Source: Candidatus Omnitrophota bacterium
GTDB lineage: Bacteria > Omnitrophota > Gorgyraeia > B26-G9
Direction: 5' to 3'
Assembly (NCBI GenBank): GCA_023819605.1
Contig: JAMWCB010000002.1
Location: 1-36,843 of the forward strand
DNA length: 36,843 bases
Of the stretch, positions 33,048-36,843 are shown piece by piece (position 1 is the first letter of the stretch; each line of letters opens with the position of its first letter). A model generated the notes under the pieces. The model had not been told where the DNA came from and searched no databases. It worked only from the letters and a program-made list of their open reading frames with translations. Both the position numbers and the translations under genes were made by a program.

Positions 33048-33575
33048 TCACTGTTTCACCGGAAAATTCGGTTCTTTTTCTGTGGCGGTTACCCGTTCGG
33101 ATAGTAATGCCTGCCGCGCCTCGGAGAGCGCCGGCGGCTGATTGGCCCGAAAAAAACCATGGCAGGCATACCCGCGGCGCGCTGAGCCGACCATGATCAA
33201 ACGGTAGAAGAACTGCTCATCGCCGTTTTCACCGGTCAGGTAAATCATTACTCCGGACCGGTCAGGCATGGGTTCAAAAGCAGTAGCGCGCAGGATTCGC
33301 GGATACGCCTGCGGGTGCAACTGATGCACTACCTCCACATAACGCGCAACGGGAATTGCCTGCCGCGCTGCCGGAGCCAATGCGCGGTATCCGTACTGCG
33401 CGTCGTATTCCACAAACGCCGTTTGGGCAAAACGCAGAGCGGCCTGTGCCGCTGCCGCTTCATCCTGCCGGGGATTTTTTTCCGCGCAGCCAAAACATAC
33501 GACCAGGACACTTACCAATAAGAAGGTCTGCGCGTTATAAAAAATCCGCCCGGCTCGTCGGGAAATAATCGGCAT
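33048..33575 (-). CDS. putative lipoprotein, function unknown
   Basis: Start moved to ATG 33575, which has GGGAGGG 7 nt upstream. Signal peptide with a lipobox-like LVVCFGC. Confidence 0.6.
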   Translation of the reverse strand: MPIISRRAGRIFYNAQTFLLVSVLVVCFGCAEKNPRQDEAAAAQAALRFAQTAFVEYDAQYGYRALAPAARQAIPVARYVEVVHQLHPQAYPRILRATAFEPMPDRSGVMIYLTGENGDEQFFYRLIMVGSARRGYACHGFFRANQPPALSEARQALLSERVTATEKEPNFPVKQ

Positions 33576-33744
33576 GAATATCCCTCCCCCGCAAAAACAC
33601 CGAATACAATCGGCCATCTTTTTCTATTTTCCCGCATGCGAATTTTTTTGCAATGATTACTTTTGGAAAAAACCGTCGATTGAGAGCAACGGCATCGCGT
33701 TATCCCTTATCCTATTACTGTACCGGGCGAATCCAATCAACGGG

Positions 33745-34947
33745 CTATATCGACTGATCGGCGGCATCGCGGGCACACAAAGCTTTTTTTTCCTGAACGA
33801 CAGGCGTCGCAACAAATTCTACGTCCACCGGATAGAGCGCCACGTCCCCGGCGTGGAAGTTTGCGGCAACCACCGACATCCCATTCCGCGCGCTAACCCG
33901 GCGACCAAAAGTCAACGTATCCAAAGCAACTTCTACATTATTTCCGCTTTCCTCAATCAGCTTCACACGACCGGCTGCCGCGGTAATCCGGGGACTCGTA
34001 ACCCGCACCAGTCCCAAAGATCCGCCGCCGTAACCATTATTTTTATATCGCGCGATGACATAATATCCTTCCGCCGCGGGATAAGATTTATCCGTAACAT
34101 AAACCAATTTTCCCACCAACTCCGGCGCGCTATTCGCCAGCGTGATCGGTTTATCCTGCCGCCGCAAGCAGTACTGCCCCTGCCACAACCGAAGCGCGGA
34201 AAATAATTGCGCAAAGCTTTCCAGCAAGCGCCGCGCGTCCGCAGCGCCGGGCTTGAGCGACCGTTCCACTGCCTGCAGGCTTTGTACTAAATCTGTCCTG
34301 CCGCGTACCCGCGTTGCTTCAACCGTCGCATATGATACCGGAAACCCGATTTGTACTGCCGCATAACGTTGCGTAAACATCTCCCGCGATTCATTGCAGA
34401 TGTACGATCGTTCCGGATCAATAATCGTACGCCAGTCAGCATGCGCGGCAAAGTGCGCGTCCAAAAACGCCGACAGAGAAAGCACCCTCACCGTCGCTTC
34501 ATCCACGGCAACCACTACGTAGACTGCAGACGACGCTCTCGCCCTCGACAGAACAATGCTCCCCAACAAACGTTCTCCCGCAGCCTTAGCGTCTACGGAG
34601 TCAAGCTGCATAAATACCGGCAGATGCCCTTGCGCTGCAGCTCGCGCAAGTATCTCCCCGCTGCTGCGCAACAACCACAGTTCTTCCGTATCCGTGTCGG
34701 GCGTAAGGCGCAAAACCGCCTCACGCACATTCATTGCTGCCAGTGAAACGCGCGCCGCTTCGGCGATAAAACTGCGCTGCATTCCGTCTTCGGAAAGCTG
34801 CAGCGACGGCGTCAACGCATCCGTTAAGGTAAACGTATCGGCGCTGATCACCGCGGCCGGCGCACTCGTCAAAAAAACCAATAAATTGCCCAATACACAA
34901 ACACCGCACTTCCGTCCGACCTGCATCTTCTGCCTCTTCTGCGTCAT
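33745..34947 (-). CDS. hypothetical exported protein
   Basis: 400-aa ORF whose ATG overlaps the upstream stop (ATGA). N-terminal signal-like segment VCVLGNLLVFLTSAPAAVISA. No recognisable domain. Confidence 0.65.
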   Translation of the reverse strand: MTQKRQKMQVGRKCGVCVLGNLLVFLTSAPAAVISADTFTLTDALTPSLQLSEDGMQRSFIAEAARVSLAAMNVREAVLRLTPDTDTEELWLLRSSGEILARAAAQGHLPVFMQLDSVDAKAAGERLLGSIVLSRARASSAVYVVVAVDEATVRVLSLSAFLDAHFAAHADWRTIIDPERSYICNESREMFTQRYAAVQIGFPVSYATVEATRVRGRTDLVQSLQAVERSLKPGAADARRLLESFAQLFSALRLWQGQYCLRRQDKPITLANSAPELVGKLVYVTDKSYPAAEGYYVIARYKNNGYGGGSLGLVRVTSPRITAAAGRVKLIEESGNNVEVALDTLTFGRRVSARNGMSVVAANFHAGDVALYPVDVEFVATPVVQEKKALCARDAADQSI

Positions 34948-35468
34948 TTTTTATCATATCCAAATCGTAAAATTGAAAAAACAATGAAGCTCACCCGGGC
35001 TAAAGCCCGGGGTAGATGCATTGCCGCCGCCGGAATCGCGAACGTATCTCCATGCCAGTGCAATACCGGGACTACCTGCGGCAACCCCTGAAAAAAAACC
35101 GCATCCGCGGCACCCTTGGTCAACGTGATCGGGAACCAGCCGATTTCCGGGGTGCGGTTCTTTTTTACCGCCGCCCCCAGCACGCGCGCAATCAGCTGTG
35201 CTCCCAAACAAATCCCCAGAACAATTTTCCCGGCGTTGATCGCCCGGCCGATAAACTCTTTCTCCGCGGCCAGCCATGGATAAACATACTCCTCGTCGGC
35301 ATTCATCGGCCCGCCCATAATGACGAGCCAATCAAAATCATTCAACGCCGGAAATATATCGTGCGCATACAGACGCGTTTTCGTCACCGCGTAATTCCGC
35401 GTCCGCGCCCAACGCCGGATATATCCCAACCCCTCATGCGGCACATGTTCTAAATAATGAATACGCAT
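34944..35468 (-). CDS. class I glutamine amidotransferase-like protein
   Basis: Nucleophile elbow ILGICLGAQLIA and the downstream HWHGDTF. The start is taken as ATG 35468 (MRIHYLEHVPHEGLG). The longest ORF starts at TTG 35504. Confidence 0.75.
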   Translation of the reverse strand: MRIHYLEHVPHEGLGYIRRWARTRNYAVTKTRLYAHDIFPALNDFDWLVIMGGPMNADEEYVYPWLAAEKEFIGRAINAGKIVLGICLGAQLIARVLGAAVKKNRTPEIGWFPITLTKGAADAVFFQGLPQVVPVLHWHGDTFAIPAAAMHLPRALARVSFIVFSILRFGYDKK

Positions 35469-35560
35469 GCTTTCGACCGTACTCCTTTCTTCATTCCTTG
35501 CCAAATCTGTCCGGCAAACAAATACTTTCTACCACGACGCATCATTCTCCCAGCGCAGAG

Positions 35561-36843
35561 TTAAATTGCGGAAAGAAAAGTCTTATTCCCGGTAATCGTG
35601 CTGCGGGGGGAGAGCGGTACGGCGGCTGCCGGAAACTGCGTTGCAGGAAAATCTTCAGAAAAACCATATTGCTGCAAAACCTCATGCTGCGCGGCAGTGA
35701 ACGGGTGCGTTCCGGTTTCGTTAAATATCGCGACTAAGGCGCGTTGGTCGTCTGGTTTTAACGGACAACGGGGCATTCTCTGATCATTCTTCGCTTTCGG
35801 TATCGATCCATTTTGTTGCCGCAAAACATTCGTTATGTTTTCATCAAGGTAGGCATACAGCGGATGCCGGAGCGATGGCGGCTGCAGGCTCACTACCCAA
35901 TCGGATAAACCCGCCGCAGATAACCGTGCCCAGCGTTCATCCTCGCCGGTTTTTTGTATCCAGTTGCTGATCGTTGTAGTTTCAAGACTGGTAACAAATT
36001 GAGTGAATCGCCCGAACACGCCGGGATCATACATCGCAATAACCAGGTCACGCAGATATAATATTTCTTGCATCATCCCCTGCACATACTTTTCACGCGT
36101 AAACCCTGACTTGCCTTTGAGAGACACACACGCTTCACGAAAGCGGCGGTCAAAGAACTGCTTTGTCAAACAATACGCCTGCTGCCGCTGATAAAACCGT
36201 TGCCGCTCAACCGCAAACAACCGTATTTCACCCAATAAACCATGCCGCGCCGTCGCGCGTACCGAGGCACCCCCGACAAATGCTCGGGTGGCCTGTTCAA
36301 GCCGCGTACAAGATTCGCGCAGTTCTTTAAAATGCTGCGCTTCCAAAACTGGCAGCGGTAAGGTCGCGGCTGCTGCGGTCAATCGCGGCCAGACATCGGA
36401 TAGGCGTTTGTAACGAACATTTTGCTTTGTGCGTCCGACCGGCGACAGCGCTACCATCCGCAACAGCGATTCCACCGCGGCCTGGAATTGCCGTATCTGC
36501 TGAATTCCGACCAAATGCGGAACTTGTTCCTGCAATTGCTGCTGAATATCGCCGCGCAGATCAACCACCACCGCTTTTCCGTTTTGTTGAACCAGCGGCA
36601 GTCCCTGCGCATCGGCAATAAAGCGCGCAAACCGCGGCTCTCCTTCAAGAACCTTAAGTTCAACAGTTGCGTTTCCGAACCAGCCGATATATTTGCGGTA
36701 GGATCCCAGCGCCAACGTTCCAAGATTATCCAGCGAAATCCCGCTGACGATATAATTTTTCAACGGCGGCGTCTTTTTCGCCACGGTGCGCGACAACGGT
36801 TTACCCTGATGCCGCTGCCGCCGGCGCTGCACGTGAGACAACC
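35561..36843 (-). CDS. hypothetical protein, probably 5'-truncated by the window end
   Basis: The reading frame is open from the window edge to the stop at 35561 (at least 426 codons). The TTG at 36841 is only the first in-frame start-like codon. No recognisable motif. Confidence 0.6.
   Translation of the reverse strand, partial: LSHVQRRRQRHQGKPLSRTVAKKTPPLKNYIVSGISLDNLGTLALGSYRKYIGWFGNATVELKVLEGEPRFARFIADAQGLPLVQQNGKAVVVDLRGDIQQQLQEQVPHLVGIQQIRQFQAAVESLLRMVALSPVGRTKQNVRYKRLSDVWPRLTAAAATLPLPVLEAQHFKELRESCTRLEQATRAFVGGASVRATARHGLLGEIRLFAVERQRFYQRQQAYCLTKQFFDRRFREACVSLKGKSGFTREKYVQGMMQEILYLRDLVIAMYDPGVFGRFTQFVTSLETTTISNWIQKTGEDERWARLSAAGLSDWVVSLQPPSLRHPLYAYLDENITNVLRQQNGSIPKAKNDQRMPRCPLKPDDQRALVAIFNETGTHPFTAAQHEVLQQYGFSEDFPATQFPAAAVPLSPRSTITGNKTFLSAI

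Overview
The window has two parts that differ visibly in base composition.

(1) Positions 1 to about 6.4 kb are AT-richer. They hold the end of an integrated temperate-phage-like element:
- The early genes all lie on the minus strand. They include a partial terS-like gene missing from the ORF track, a ParB-DNA methylase fusion, and an HTH replication gene. The 3' end of that replication gene is an array of four GTGACA-N4-TGTCAC palindromes next to a perfect DnaA box and an AT-rich tract. The block also holds small unknown genes and an ECF-like sigma factor.
- A divergent large serine recombinase has an ORF that runs antisense through a complete tRNA-Ser(GGA) gene (6379-6466). This tRNA marks the junction with the host.

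(2) Positions 6.5-36.8 kb are GC-rich chromosome from a flagellated, probably uncultivated bacterium. The CxxC-x17-CxxC protein and the pilin N-terminus are reminiscent of Elusimicrobia or Omnitrophota-like lineages, but this cannot be assigned without a search. The region contains:
- a LysM-L,D-transpeptidase, a pilin-like gene and a TPR gene transcribed from back-to-back promoters;
- a long minus-strand block behind a near-consensus sigma54 promoter: TPR-radical SAM/SPASM, an unknown gene, Maf, a SAM methyltransferase, a second Maf, a TamB-like gene, a second radical SAM gene and YhcH;
- MarC;
- a 12-gene minus-strand signalling and flagellar-switch cluster: three extra response regulators, XRE-cupin, PilZ, FliM, a small HTH, FliY, CheY, CheX, a hybrid histidine kinase and Hpt, with no CheA, CheW or MCP;
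- a small CxxC-x17-CxxC operon with a long leader;
- a block of unknown exported proteins with a class I glutamine amidotransferase.

The two best candidates for undescribed systems are the sigma54-driven Maf/radical-SAM modification locus (10.1-20.3 kb) and the CheA-less phosphorelay-to-switch cluster (21.2-31.8 kb).

Start/stop overlaps of 1-8 nt (TGATG, ATGA, GTGA) recur throughout and were used to refine several starts. All functional calls come from motif recognition by eye. No database search, folding or statistics could be run.
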